Assembly: GCA_050173015.1 (NCBI GenBank)
Contig: JBFXLE010000006.1
Location: forward strand, 96,001-160,000
Source: Calditrichaceae bacterium
GTDB taxonomy: Bacteria > Calditrichota > Calditrichia > Calditrichales > JBFXGD01
Reading direction: 5' to 3'
Length of the DNA stretch: 64,000 bases
How positions within the stretch are numbered: the first letter of the stretch is position 1; each line of letters opens with the position of its first letter. Shown here in pieces: positions 27,363 to 38,151 of the stretch. A program made the translations under genes and the position numbers. The notes beneath the pieces are model-generated. The model ran no database searches. It saw nothing but the letters and a program-made list of their open reading frames with translations, and had not been told where the DNA came from.

Positions 27363-29765
27363 ATGCAATGGACTGAATCTTACCGCTCCTTCGCGGCTTT
27401 ATGGATATTTGCCATATTTTCGACAGGAATATTTCTTGGCAATATATTTCTGATTAATCTCAATTTTACGATACTTCTGATGATTCTTACTGTATTAATT
27501 CTCTTTTCAATCGTGATTAACTTCAGCTATCCGCGGATGTTACCCTATTCAATGTTCCTATTTATTTTTATGGCGGGAATTGCATCAGGCTATGATTCGC
27601 TTGCCCGTTTTCCGGACCGCCATCTTGTTCTACAGGACAACCAATCTATTGAACAATTCAGAGGCTGGATAAGTGAAACGCACTATCGCGCTGACGGAAG
27701 AAATAATTATGTGATGGAGTGTGATTCGATATATGTTAATAATAAGGCGCGGCCCGCTGAAGGCAAAATCTTTCTTAATCAGGGACGGTTTGACGGAAAA
27801 CTGAATTATGGCGATGTAATTCTTCTGGAAGGGTTTCCGGAACGGCCCGCTCTGCCCGGCAATCCGGGTGAATTTAATTACCTGAAGTATCTTCAGATGA
27901 AGGATATCTATTTCCATTATAGCCTCTCCGATGAAAATACAAAAATTCCGGATGAAGTGGGGGGGGATATTGTAAATCGTACTCTGCTTGTTCCTCTAAG
28001 ACAATATCTGCTTAATAGGATCGATTTTTATTTAGATTCACCTGCCCGTGAAGTGACTAAAGCGCTGTTGTTGGGTGAGCGTCAGGATATCGAAGATTCG
28101 GTCATGGAAGATTTTCAGACATCAGGTGTCATACACGTTCTCGCGATCTCAGGCCTGCATGTGGGATTTATCCTGATGTTGTTCCTTCTGTTTTTTACAT
28201 TTCTGCGATTACCGTATCCTCTTAGGATTTCATTGAGTCTTTTTTCCCTTTTTATATTTGTGGCGCTGGTGAATTTCAAAGCGCCGGTGGTCCGGGCTTC
28301 AGTGATGGCGTCCATTTATTTGATCGGAAAATTATCCGAACGATTTCCAAAACCGCTCAATCTGATCGGGGTCGCCGGTCTTATGATATTGTTTTTTGAA
28401 CCCAGGCAAATCTTTCAGCCGGGATTCCAGTTCTCTTTTACGGCTGTCGGCGCTATTCTATACGGTTATCCTCGTTTAAAAAAAATCATACCCTGGCCAT
28501 TTGACGATTCAGGCTGGCAAGGATTCATTAATCAATACCTCCGAATACCGTTAATTGTTTCTCTGGCGGCGGTACTTGGAACGGTGCCGCTGACATGGCT
28601 TTACTACGGAACGTTACAAACCGGCGCGATTATCGCTAACCTTTTCGTGATACCGATGATCGGAAGTTATGTAATCCTCAGTCTGTTGTTTTTGATTTTA
28701 AGCCTGATAATTCCGGGTATTTTGGAAGGGTTTGCTTTTTTGTTGAATGAATATATAAAATTCATCCTCGATACCGTGGGCTTCTTTGCGGATCAGCCTT
28801 TCGTCCAGGTATATTTACCGCATCCGTCCGTGTGGATCATTATTCTCGTGATTCTTGGAGTGTTTTTGATATTCAACATGCGGAAGAGAATAAACAGATT
28901 CTATCTATTTTTCATTCTAATCATTTTGACATTTTACATGAATGGATGGCTCCTGCGCGCAGATCAGAAACTTTCGGTTACTTTTGTTGATGTGGGACAG
29001 GGAGACGCCGCCATTATTAAAATTCCGGGAGGAGAAACAATAGTTATTGATTCGGGAGACAATGTGAGAGGACATGACAAAGGGAAAGATGTTGTTCTTC
29101 CTCTGCTGCGATATTATGGGATTAACCGGATAAAGTATCTGATTGGTACACACCCGCATAGTGACCATATCGGCGGCTTCCAATCACTAATGAAAGAAGT
29201 CATGGTGGATACGCTTGTTCTGAGCGGTTATAAGGATGAGTCAAAATTCTATGAGAACATGATTCGAACGGCAGAAATAAAATCAATTCCGATCCGGTAT
29301 GTTCAAAGAGGACAGGTTTTGTTTGTGAATCCGGTTTGCCGGATTTATGTCCTGCATCCTGCTAAAAGATTTCTTGATGGCGGTGAGGAAAATAACGGTA
29401 AGGTGAACAATACATCCATCGTTTTGAAAATAGTTTACGGCGCCACCTCATTTCTGCTGGTCGGTGACCTTGAAAGGGAGGGCGAAGCAGATCTTGGATG
29501 TTATTCTGACTTCCTCGATGCCGATGTTTTAAAAGTCGGTCACCATGGAAGTAAAACTTCCACATACGATGAATTTCTGGACCTGGTAACTCCGGAATTC
29601 GGAATTATATCCGTGGGCCGCCGCAACCGGTTTTACCATCCGAACCGATCGACCGTGACAAGACTGGGTGATCATGGGGTGATCCCGCTGCGTACTGATC
29701 ATTTTGGAGCGATCGTCATAGAGAGCGACGGAAGAGAGATTAGCGTACTTAACTGGCGTCAATAA
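27363..29765 (+). CDS. comEC: DNA uptake competence protein ComEC/Rec2
   Basis: NPGEFNY, HVLAISGLHVG, GFQFSF, DVGQGDA, THPHSDHIGG, LKVGHHGSKTS. Confidence 0.95.
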   Translation: MQWTESYRSFAALWIFAIFSTGIFLGNIFLINLNFTILLMILTVLILFSIVINFSYPRMLPYSMFLFIFMAGIASGYDSLARFPDRHLVLQDNQSIEQFRGWISETHYRADGRNNYVMECDSIYVNNKARPAEGKIFLNQGRFDGKLNYGDVILLEGFPERPALPGNPGEFNYLKYLQMKDIYFHYSLSDENTKIPDEVGGDIVNRTLLVPLRQYLLNRIDFYLDSPAREVTKALLLGERQDIEDSVMEDFQTSGVIHVLAISGLHVGFILMLFLLFFTFLRLPYPLRISLSLFSLFIFVALVNFKAPVVRASVMASIYLIGKLSERFPKPLNLIGVAGLMILFFEPRQIFQPGFQFSFTAVGAILYGYPRLKKIIPWPFDDSGWQGFINQYLRIPLIVSLAAVLGTVPLTWLYYGTLQTGAIIANLFVIPMIGSYVILSLLFLILSLIIPGILEGFAFLLNEYIKFILDTVGFFADQPFVQVYLPHPSVWIIILVILGVFLIFNMRKRINRFYLFFILIILTFYMNGWLLRADQKLSVTFVDVGQGDAAIIKIPGGETIVIDSGDNVRGHDKGKDVVLPLLRYYGINRIKYLIGTHPHSDHIGGFQSLMKEVMVDTLVLSGYKDESKFYENMIRTAEIKSIPIRYVQRGQVLFVNPVCRIYVLHPAKRFLDGGEENNGKVNNTSIVLKIVYGATSFLLVGDLEREGEADLGCYSDFLDADVLKVGHHGSKTSTYDEFLDLVTPEFGIISVGRRNRFYHPNRSTVTRLGDHGVIPLRTDHFGAIVIESDGREISVLNWRQ

Positions 29766-29852
29766 CGATGGATTAAAAATTGGCGCTATTGAATGTAAAT
29801 TGCCGGTGTGTTAAATTGAAAAAACGTATAGATTTCCGTGAAATCGATATGA

Positions 29853-30560
29853 GTGAGGACAAATTTTACGAAAGCCGGTGAACTAAAATTCGATCAGCCC
29901 ATATGGGATTCAGGTATAGAATGGCTTTGCGGAGTTGATGAAGCCGGCCGGGGGCCTCTCGCCGGCCCGGTAATCAGCGCGGCGGTTATTTTGCCGGCAG
30001 GGTGCGCGATCCCGGACGCGGATGATTCAAAAAAACTGTCAGAAAAAGAACGTCTCCGGCTTGAAGATGAGATTATAAGCAGGGCGGTGAGCTGTGGGAT
30101 TGGTTCAGCGTCAGTGGCCGAGATAAATTCATTAAATATATTGCAGGCAACTTTTCTGGCAATGAAACGCGCTGTAAATGAATTAAGGGTTAAACCACAA
30201 TATATTTTAATAGACGGCAGGGATTTTCCGGCGATACTTTATCGAAAAGAAACCGGTTCTCTGAGAGGTCAAGCAGTCATAAAGGGTGATCAACAGTCTC
30301 TCAGCATAGCCTGCGCGTCCATTCTGGCAAAAGTTCATCGTGACCGTTTAATGTGCGAATACGCGAAAAAATATCCGGAGTATCATTTTGAACGTCACAA
30401 AGGATACGGGACAAGCGAACACAGAAGGAATATTTTGGATCATGGTCCGAGTCCCCTTCACAGAAAAACATTTTTAAGAAAACTAATGAATGAAAATTTC
30501 AGGCAATATGATGAAGACGCATCTCTTTTTAACGGGTTTTATGGGGGCGGGAAAAAGTAA
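29853..30560 (+). CDS. rnhB: Ribonuclease HII
   Basis: GVDEAGRGPLAGPV, DSKKL, KGD..S.SIACASILAKV, HKGYGT. Confidence 0.96.
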   Translation: MRTNFTKAGELKFDQPIWDSGIEWLCGVDEAGRGPLAGPVISAAVILPAGCAIPDADDSKKLSEKERLRLEDEIISRAVSCGIGSASVAEINSLNILQATFLAMKRAVNELRVKPQYILIDGRDFPAILYRKETGSLRGQAVIKGDQQSLSIACASILAKVHRDRLMCEYAKKYPEYHFERHKGYGTSEHRRNILDHGPSPLHRKTFLRKLMNENFRQYDEDASLFNGFYGGGKK

Positions 30561-31053
30561 AATCGGTCCGTTGTTGGCTGATAAATTTGGCTGTCCGTTT
30601 TATGATTCCGATAGTTTGATAGAAGATAAAACAGGAATGACCATTTCGGATATTTTTAAAGAATACGGTGAACCCTATTTTCGTTCGATCGAATCGGACA
30701 TCATATCCCGTCTCGTTCATTATGACACCCGTTCTGTGATAGCCCTGGGCGGGGGCGCTCTGATAAATGATGATAGTTTTAAGCAAATTAAGGATAACGG
30801 AATTCTGATTTATATCAAAAGTTCACCGGAGGAGATTTATAAACGGGTTAAAGATTCCGGAAAACGGCCGCTTTTATCCGGGAGCGCTGATAGTAGTCGG
30901 GAAGAAAGTATGCTGATCCGTATTCGAACTCTTTTGACAGAAAGAGCCCCGGTTTATGAAAAGGCGAATATTATAATCGATCGCGATCCGTTAACGCTTG
31001 AAGAAATAGTGACCGAAATTTTTAATAAGGTAAATGAATGCCGGACAAATTAA
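30508..31053 (+). CDS. aroK: Shikimate kinase (start probably 30508 or 30511)
   Basis: LTGFMGAGKS P-loop, GEPYFRSIE, ALGGG, RPLL. Confidence 0.94.
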   Translation: MMKTHLFLTGFMGAGKSKIGPLLADKFGCPFYDSDSLIEDKTGMTISDIFKEYGEPYFRSIESDIISRLVHYDTRSVIALGGGALINDDSFKQIKDNGILIYIKSSPEEIYKRVKDSGKRPLLSGSADSSREESMLIRIRTLLTERAPVYEKANIIIDRDPLTLEEIVTEIFNKVNECRTN

Positions 31054-32135
31054 ATATGGAATTAATTCAGGTAAGTCTTGCCGCCAATCCGTATCCGGTG
31101 TACGCGGGTATGGATGTTCTGGATAAATTGGCGGAAGTATTGCGGCAGCATGGCGATTACTCACAGATTGCTGTCATCACGAGCAAATCGATATTTCAGA
31201 TGCACGGTAAAAAGCTGATGAAGGGATTTTCTTCAGATCAGGAAGTGATCACACTTTTTGTTCCCGATGGTGAAAATGCCAAGTCGTTTGATCAGTTGCA
31301 GCATTTATATTCTCAGCTTCTGGAGAAAAAATTTGAACGAAAAGCTCTTATAATAGCTTTCGGCGGCGGTGTGATCGGTGATTTGGCCGGATTTGTGGCG
31401 GCGACGTACCTTAGAGGAATCGCGCTCGTGCAGGTTCCCACAACGTTGCTCTCTCAGGTGGACAGCAGCATAGGCGGAAAGGTCGGTATAAATCACCCGC
31501 TTGGAAAAAATCTGATCGGAGCGTTCAAACAACCCCTGTTTGTTTTCAGTGATATTTCTGTTTTAAAAACCCTGCCGGATTCAGAGATTCGATGCGGTCT
31601 GGGTGAAGTTATCAAATACGGGATGATTCAGGACAGAGATTTTTTTTCATATCTTGAAGAAAATCTGGAAAATGCTTTGAACAAGGATGAGCAAATTCTG
31701 CTTCACATCGTAAAAACATCCGCGTCGCTCAAGGCGCGGGTAGTTGCGCAGGATGTTCATGAACACGGTATCAGAATGATCCTGAATTTTGGTCATACTT
31801 TTGGTCACGCGCTCGAAGCTGAATTTAAATTTGGTGAATTAAAGCATGGGGAAGCGGTAATACTCGGAATGAAATGCGCGATGAAGTATTCTTTGGATAA
31901 AGGGGCGTTAAGCCCGGCTGAGTATGAAAAAGGCATGTCTCTTCTCAACCGTGTTCCGATAAATTATGACAAAACAAAAATCTATGCAAAGCGATTGATT
32001 GAGCGAATGTCCAGAGATAAAAAAGTAAGAGACAAACAAATAAAATTAATTCTGATAGACCGCATCGGGCATCATTACAACGAGATCGCGGAGAATCAGG
32101 AGCAACTGAGTGACGCGTACAAAATACTTGAGTGA
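31038..32135 (+). CDS. aroB: 3-dehydroquinate synthase
   Basis: GGGVIGDLAGF, PTTLLSQVDSSIGGKVGIN, LNFGHTFGHALE, HGEAV. Confidence 0.97.
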   Translation: MPDKLNMELIQVSLAANPYPVYAGMDVLDKLAEVLRQHGDYSQIAVITSKSIFQMHGKKLMKGFSSDQEVITLFVPDGENAKSFDQLQHLYSQLLEKKFERKALIIAFGGGVIGDLAGFVAATYLRGIALVQVPTTLLSQVDSSIGGKVGINHPLGKNLIGAFKQPLFVFSDISVLKTLPDSEIRCGLGEVIKYGMIQDRDFFSYLEENLENALNKDEQILLHIVKTSASLKARVVAQDVHEHGIRMILNFGHTFGHALEAEFKFGELKHGEAVILGMKCAMKYSLDKGALSPAEYEKGMSLLNRVPINYDKTKIYAKRLIERMSRDKKVRDKQIKLILIDRIGHHYNEIAENQEQLSDAYKILE

Positions 32136-32149
32136 GGAATGCCGCATCC

Positions 32150-32921
32150 ATGAGGGTAACTTTTCTTGGCACCGGCACATCACAAGGCGTACCCGTTATC
32201 AACTGCGAATGTCCGGTTTGCAGGTCAAATAGAACGAAAAATAAACGTTTGCGGTGCTCACTGATGATTGAAACGAATCATAAACACATACTTGTCGATA
32301 CTTCAACCGATCTGCGTCAGCAGCTGCTGAGAAAACCGTTTCCGAACGTTGACGCCGTTCTTTTTACCCACGCGCATGCGGATCATATCAACGGTTTGGA
32401 CGAATTACGCCGGTTTAACTATCTGCAAAAAAAACATATTCCGGTTTATGGGAACGCGCTCACGCTGGAGCGTATCCGAAATAATTTTGATTACGCGTTC
32501 AATGATGGTGTATACACAAACGGGGTGCCAAATCTGCGCGCGCATATCGTCAGCGACAAATTTTTATTTGATAAAACTGAAATCATCCCGATACCTTTAA
32601 AACATGGGACCCTGGATATCTATGGATACCGAATTGAAAATTTTGCATATTGTACCGATGTGAGCGGGATTCCCGAAAGCAGTCTCAATCTTATGGAAAA
32701 TCTTGATATTCTGGTTCTGGATGCACTGCGTGAACGGGAACACCCGACCCATTTTTCATTGAGTGAAGCGATAGAGATTGCAAAAAAAAATTGGCGCGAA
32801 AAGAACATTTTTTACGCACATGAACCATAATATCGATCATTATAAGCATGGCAAACTTCTGCCTGATAACTTCGCGTTCGCGTTTGATGGCCTTGAACTG
32901 GAATTAGGGGAGGCAAATTAA
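32150..32921 (+). CDS. PhnP/YycJ-like MBL-fold hydrolase, frameshifted at an A9 run (32782-32790)
   Basis: FLGTGTSQGVP, C.C..C, THAHADH, YCTDV. The expected C-terminus IGAKRTFFTHMNH...AFDGLEL continues in the +1 frame to TAA 32919-32921. Confidence 0.85.
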
Positions 32922-33358
32922 TGAATATTTTAATCATCAACGGTCCCAATCTGAATCTATTAGGGATACGAAAACCTGAACTTTACGGCGGGAAAACCCT
33001 CGATGAGACCAATGAATTTATTAAAAGCTATTTTAAAGGTGTGAAAATTCACTTTTTCCAGAGCAATCATGAAGGGGAAATTATTGATAAAATACATGAA
33101 TCCATGAAGATACAGCATGGGATCGTGCTCAATCCCGGAGCATTGGGCCATTATTCTTACGCGATTCGTGACGCGATAGAAGCATGTACCATTCCGGTTG
33201 TTGAAATTCATATCAGTAATATCGCGGCCCGGGAAGAGTTTCGAAAGATGTCGGTAATTTCTGCTGTTTGCAAAGGAACGATCAGCGGACTGGGTATTTA
33301 CGGGTACGTGCTGGCGGTTCAGGCGCTTGTTCATCAACTGAAAAGGAAAGACAGATAA
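32921..33358 (+). CDS. aroQ: Type II 3-dehydroquinate dehydratase
   Basis: NGPNLNLLG.R.PELYG, QSNHEG, NPGALGHYS, EIHISN. Confidence 0.96.
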   Translation: MNILIINGPNLNLLGIRKPELYGGKTLDETNEFIKSYFKGVKIHFFQSNHEGEIIDKIHESMKIQHGIVLNPGALGHYSYAIRDAIEACTIPVVEIHISNIAAREEFRKMSVISAVCKGTISGLGIYGYVLAVQALVHQLKRKDR

Positions 33359-33359
33359 A

Positions 33360-34817
33360 TTGTCAATAATCGCGCATATCAAAGGACTGACGCGGCACTC
33401 GGCCATTTATACGATCAGCACATTTATTCAGAGGGCGCTTGGGCTGATCATGCTGCCGGTTTACACCGATACATCATATATTTCAACAAAGAGCGCGTAC
33501 GGTGATTATGCCCTGGTATATACATTCATGGCATTCATGAATATCGTCTATCTGTACGGTATGGACGCGGCTTTTCTGCGATTCTTCTTTCTGGGGAAAC
33601 ATAAACGTGAAGATGTATATAAAACCGCTTTCTCCGCGATATTCATCAACGGTATCCTTTTGTCAGCCGTCTTATACATTTTCGCCGAGCCGGTCGCGGT
33701 GGTTGTGTTTTCAGCAAAAGGATACGCGTTTTTTATTCAGATTACAGCGGGAATTCTGTTTTTTGATACACTCTGCAATCTGCCATACCTTATTCTGAGA
33801 GCGGAAGAAAGATCCCTGGCGTATACGGGAATTCGCGTAGGGCGCTTTATTACGGAACTGCTGTTAAACCTGCTTTTTGTCGTTGTTTTAAAGCAGGGGG
33901 TAAAAGGAATTCTATACGCGAATGTTCTTGCGGCTGTCCTGAATCTGATTTTTGTGATTCCATTCCAGATTAATTATTTAAAGGGCAGGATTAATAAAGA
34001 GATTCTCGTTGATCTGTTAAAATTTGGATTGCCGATGCTCCCCAACGGCCTGGCTTATTTAACCGTTGAGGTGAGTGACAAATATCTGATGAGCAGGCTT
34101 CTGGACAAGGATATACTGGGCGCGTACTCGGCAAATTACAGGTTCGGCTCTGCATTACTATTGATAGTTATCGCTTTCCGCACTGCCTGGCAGCCGTTTT
34201 TTCTGAAAGTGGCGAATGATCAGGATGCCAAGCGGATATATTCAAAAGTGATGACATATTTTTCAGCCGTCGGGGTTTTGGTTGTGGTAATGGTCAGCTA
34301 TTATATTGAATATCTGGTCATGATTCCTATCGGTCCGGGAAAGACAATTATGGGAAGTGAGTATTGGAATGGGATTGTTATCATCCCGATCATTTTAACG
34401 GCGTATCTGTTTTATGGTATTTATGTGAATTTTACCGTAGGGATTTATATCGAACAAAAAACTAAATGGATGGTATTATTTACAGGGCTGGCGGCCGTCG
34501 TTAATGTGGGAAGCAATTTATATTTGATGCCGCGTTTCGGTATGATTGGGGCCGCTATGGCTACGTTGTTGAGTTATTTGGTGATGGCGGTGTCTATTTT
34601 TATCGCGAATCAATTAATATATCCGGTCAGATATGAATACTCCCGGTTACTGGTACTTATGGGATACCTGGCGCTTATGCTGTTTATATATTATCAGTTT
34701 GATTTGTCCTTTTTACAAAGGACGGTTATACTGTTGATATCTCCGGCTCTTTTGTATTTCGGTGGATTCTTCAATAAAGAAGAGATTGTATACCTGAAAT
34801 CAAAATTAAGGCGTTGA
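33360..34817 (+). CDS. Polysaccharide flippase (Wzx/PST, MOP superfamily)
   Basis: Many TM helices; LLKFGLP, SDKYL, GAYSA.YR, AWQPFF, LMPRFGMIGAAMATL. Confidence 0.85.
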   Translation: MSIIAHIKGLTRHSAIYTISTFIQRALGLIMLPVYTDTSYISTKSAYGDYALVYTFMAFMNIVYLYGMDAAFLRFFFLGKHKREDVYKTAFSAIFINGILLSAVLYIFAEPVAVVVFSAKGYAFFIQITAGILFFDTLCNLPYLILRAEERSLAYTGIRVGRFITELLLNLLFVVVLKQGVKGILYANVLAAVLNLIFVIPFQINYLKGRINKEILVDLLKFGLPMLPNGLAYLTVEVSDKYLMSRLLDKDILGAYSANYRFGSALLLIVIAFRTAWQPFFLKVANDQDAKRIYSKVMTYFSAVGVLVVVMVSYYIEYLVMIPIGPGKTIMGSEYWNGIVIIPIILTAYLFYGIYVNFTVGIYIEQKTKWMVLFTGLAAVVNVGSNLYLMPRFGMIGAAMATLLSYLVMAVSIFIANQLIYPVRYEYSRLLVLMGYLALMLFIYYQFDLSFLQRTVILLISPALLYFGGFFNKEEIVYLKSKLRR

Positions 34818-34821
34818 TTTT

Positions 34822-36981
34822 ATGAGTCAATTAAAAATTGCATTTCTCTGGCATCAGCATCAGCCGTTCTACAAGGATGAAGAAGGAGATTATCTTCTTC
34901 CCTGGGTTGGCCTGCATGCGATGAAAGATTATCTGGATTTACTCTTAATCGCCGGCCAGTACCCCGAAATTCGTCAAACAATAAATCTGGTTCCTTCTCT
35001 TTTGCTTCAATTGAAAGATTACGCAGACGGCAACGCAGATGACATGGTCATTCGCCTGAGCGGAAAATCTACCGCGGAATTTTCGGTTCAGGATAAAGCG
35101 GATCTTTTGCGAAATTTTTTTATGGGTAATCTGGCAACGATGATTCAGCCATACCCGAGATACAAACAACTATATGAAAAATATCAATCAATTAAGCATT
35201 TGAATGACCGTGATCTGGGCGCCAGATTTAGCGGGGAAGAAATTCGAGATTTGCAGATCTGGTTCAATTTGAGCTGGATCGGATACGAATCAAAAAAAGA
35301 CCCGAAAATCCGGAGATTGATAAAAAAGCAACAAAATTTTTCGGATGATGACCGATTGGCATTGCTGGATTATACTCAAAAATTAATCAAAAATGTAATC
35401 CCGAAACATGCGGAAATGTGGCAAAAAGGGCAGGTTGAATTAATCACCTCCCCGTTTTATCATCCGATTCTGCCTCTTTTATGCGATACAGAAATCGCGA
35501 AAATCTCGCAGCAGAATCTCCTCCTTCCAACGCCGTCATTCCGTCATCCTGAAGATGCTGTGGCGCAGGTGGAAAAAGGCCTTGAATATTTTAAGAAAAC
35601 ATTTGGCAGACATCCATCAGGCATTTGGCCGTCCGAGGGCAGTGTCAGCGAAGAAGTGGCGGAGATTATCGCTTCCAGGGGGATAAACTGGATCGCGACT
35701 GATGAGGAAATACTTGCGAGAAGCCTGGACCGGCCCTTCGAACAAAATGATATTTATCGTCCATACCGGATAAAAACAAATAAAGGCGATCTTCATCTGT
35801 TTTTCAGAGACCGCGCTCTTTCAGATAAAATCGGTTTTGTTTATGGGTCCTGGTCGGCGGAAGAAGCGACTGCGGACTTCCTGAATCATCTTGTTCAGAT
35901 CAAAACCAAGATTCAGAAATCCGGTGGTGATATGGCGGTGGAAAATTCGATCGTACCCATTATTCTGGATGGTGAAAACTGTTGGGAGTATTATCCTGAA
36001 AACGGCGGAGAATTTCTACACCTTTTATACAAAAAGTTATCGGAAAACCCGGAATTTTTGACTACTACTTTTAGTGAATTTCTTGAAAACGCTGAGCCGC
36101 GTGAGTTGTCGAAGCTCTGGCCCGGCAGCTGGATCAATCATAATTTTCAGATTTGGATCGGCGATTCGGAAGATCGGCAGGCATGGGAAATGCTGCACCA
36201 GACACGTGAATTTCTGGTCCAAAGTGAATCATCCGGGAAAATTTCTGAGAAGGTCAGAACACAGGCATGGGAGGAAATCTACATCGCCGAGGGATCTGAT
36301 TGGTGCTGGTGGTACGGAAATGAGCACAGTTCAGGCCAGGACAGCGAATTTGACCGGCTCTTTAGAAGCCATCTGATCCGCGTATATCAATTACTGGGTG
36401 AGGACCCGCCGGAGCAGTTATTCATTCAGATAAAGAAAAAACGCGTTGAGGCATTCCAAAATATCATCCCCAAACATTTTATCTACCCGGTTATTGACGG
36501 GATGATGCGGCAATATTTTGAGTGGTACGGAGCGGTAAGGTACACCGATATTTCTTCAAAAGGCGCCATGCATCAAACGGAGGCTCAAATCAAAGAGATC
36601 ATAATCGGCTTTAATGATGAAAATCTATATATGGCGGTCATTCCAAAAAACTCCGTGTTCCGGGCGGATAAAGTATTGATAAGGTTTTACTCTCCGAAAA
36701 AAATCTCGTATCTGTTTGATTTAAAAACGAAGCGCTGTGAATTTTCCATCGAAAAGAAGGACCATTGGGAACCTCATCTCGGTAAATCAAACTGCGCTTT
36801 TGAAGAAGCGCTGGAGCTGATGATCCCTTTCAGCGTGCTGAAATTTAACCCGGGTGAATGGATGAGATTTCAAATTGTTTTAAAACGGGAAAACCGGATC
36901 TCCATGCAATTCCCGCAATTCAATTTGCTTGAACTGCCTGTCCCGGATAAATTCTATGAACTCCGCAACTGGATGGTATGA
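34822..36981 (+). CDS. Glycoside hydrolase family 57 (amylopullulanase-like)
   Basis: WHQHQP, PFYHPILPLL, WPSEG (nucleophile), LDGENCWE (acid/base), AEGSDWCWW. Confidence 0.9.
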   Translation: MSQLKIAFLWHQHQPFYKDEEGDYLLPWVGLHAMKDYLDLLLIAGQYPEIRQTINLVPSLLLQLKDYADGNADDMVIRLSGKSTAEFSVQDKADLLRNFFMGNLATMIQPYPRYKQLYEKYQSIKHLNDRDLGARFSGEEIRDLQIWFNLSWIGYESKKDPKIRRLIKKQQNFSDDDRLALLDYTQKLIKNVIPKHAEMWQKGQVELITSPFYHPILPLLCDTEIAKISQQNLLLPTPSFRHPEDAVAQVEKGLEYFKKTFGRHPSGIWPSEGSVSEEVAEIIASRGINWIATDEEILARSLDRPFEQNDIYRPYRIKTNKGDLHLFFRDRALSDKIGFVYGSWSAEEATADFLNHLVQIKTKIQKSGGDMAVENSIVPIILDGENCWEYYPENGGEFLHLLYKKLSENPEFLTTTFSEFLENAEPRELSKLWPGSWINHNFQIWIGDSEDRQAWEMLHQTREFLVQSESSGKISEKVRTQAWEEIYIAEGSDWCWWYGNEHSSGQDSEFDRLFRSHLIRVYQLLGEDPPEQLFIQIKKKRVEAFQNIIPKHFIYPVIDGMMRQYFEWYGAVRYTDISSKGAMHQTEAQIKEIIIGFNDENLYMAVIPKNSVFRADKVLIRFYSPKKISYLFDLKTKRCEFSIEKKDHWEPHLGKSNCAFEEALELMIPFSVLKFNPGEWMRFQIVLKRENRISMQFPQFNLLELPVPDKFYELRNWMV

Positions 36982-36988
36982 CAAAGAA

Positions 36989-38050
36989 ATGAAGATTTGG
37001 AAAATGACGCGTTTGCTTCTCTGGCCGTTCTCGATGATTTACGGCATCATTCTGGATATCCGGAATCTTCTCTATGACCTCGGTATATTTAAAGCGCATC
37101 ATTATAAGGTACCGGTGATTTCAGTCGGAAATATCACCGCCGGTGGTTCAGGCAAAACACCGTTTACCATATATCTGGCGACCGGTCTGCAAAAATATTT
37201 TAGTAAAATAGCAGTAATCAGCAGGGGATATGGGCGACAAAGCAAAGGGCTTCAGATCGTATCGGACGGGAAAAATATAAATACAAATCCGGCGGTCACG
37301 GGTGATGAGCCGCTGTTAATCGCGAAGTCCGCGCCTGGCGTGCTGGTCGCGGTAGCGGAGAAACGAACTCTCGCCATCCGTCATGTTTTAGAAAATTTTC
37401 AACCTGACCTGATTATTCTTGATGATGCCTTTCAGCACAGATCGGTTAAACGGGACCTGGATATCGTTTTGATAAATTCCGGCGAACCATATGAAAAAAA
37501 TCTCCCGATACCGGCGGGTACGCTTCGTGAATTCCGTCATAATATATCACGGGCGGATATCATTATTCATACTAACAATACAAATGCGTATCCGAAAAGG
37601 AAAATTGATCTTTATAATATACCTGAATTATACAGCCGCGGCGCGCTTTCTGATCTGGTAGGACCGGATTTTAAAAGAATCGGCCCTTTGAGGGAGCTTG
37701 CAGAAAAAAAAACAACCGCGTTTGCCGGAATCGCGCACCCGGAAAATTTTATAATGAGCCTTAACGGCGAAAATATTACGCCTTTATGGACAGGAAAATT
37801 CAAAGATCATAAGGAATACAAAGCGGAGGATATAAGAAAAATAATTCGTCACTCTCTGGAAAAACAAGTGGCAACGGTTCTTTGTACAGAAAAGGATTTA
37901 GTAAAAATTTCAACCAATAAATATTTTCTGTCTTTGTTTGCCAATGCGGGCCTTAAACTCGCGGCTCCTTCCCTTAAAATTGTTCTCGAAGACGACGCTG
38001 AACTGTTAAAAAAAATCTACAAACTGGTTGACATAAATAATAAATCTTAG
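36989..38050 (+). CDS. lpxK: Tetraacyldisaccharide 4'-kinase
   Basis: PVISVGNITAGGSGKTP, SRGYG, GDEP, LDDAFQH, AGIAHP, TEKD; start set at ATG 36989 after the GH57 stop. Confidence 0.93.
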   Translation: MKIWKMTRLLLWPFSMIYGIILDIRNLLYDLGIFKAHHYKVPVISVGNITAGGSGKTPFTIYLATGLQKYFSKIAVISRGYGRQSKGLQIVSDGKNINTNPAVTGDEPLLIAKSAPGVLVAVAEKRTLAIRHVLENFQPDLIILDDAFQHRSVKRDLDIVLINSGEPYEKNLPIPAGTLREFRHNISRADIIIHTNNTNAYPKRKIDLYNIPELYSRGALSDLVGPDFKRIGPLRELAEKKTTAFAGIAHPENFIMSLNGENITPLWTGKFKDHKEYKAEDIRKIIRHSLEKQVATVLCTEKDLVKISTNKYFLSLFANAGLKLAAPSLKIVLEDDAELLKKIYKLVDINNKS

Positions 38051-38056
38051 TATATT
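38028..38056 (+). promoter_or_regulatory. Sigma70 promoter for the tRNA pair (overlaps lpxK 3' end)
   Basis: TTGACA (38028-38033), 17-nt spacer, TATATT (38051-38056), 17 nt before the tRNA. Confidence 0.8.
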
Positions 38057-38073
38057 GTTTGCCTAATAATGAT

Positions 38074-38147
<74 letters not shown>

Positions 38148-38151
38148 CAAA

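Noticed and set aside
30508-30560. About 50-nt rnhB/aroK overlap as a frameshift
   Set aside because: Both proteins have complete conserved cores; the overlap only involves a variable RNase HII tail.
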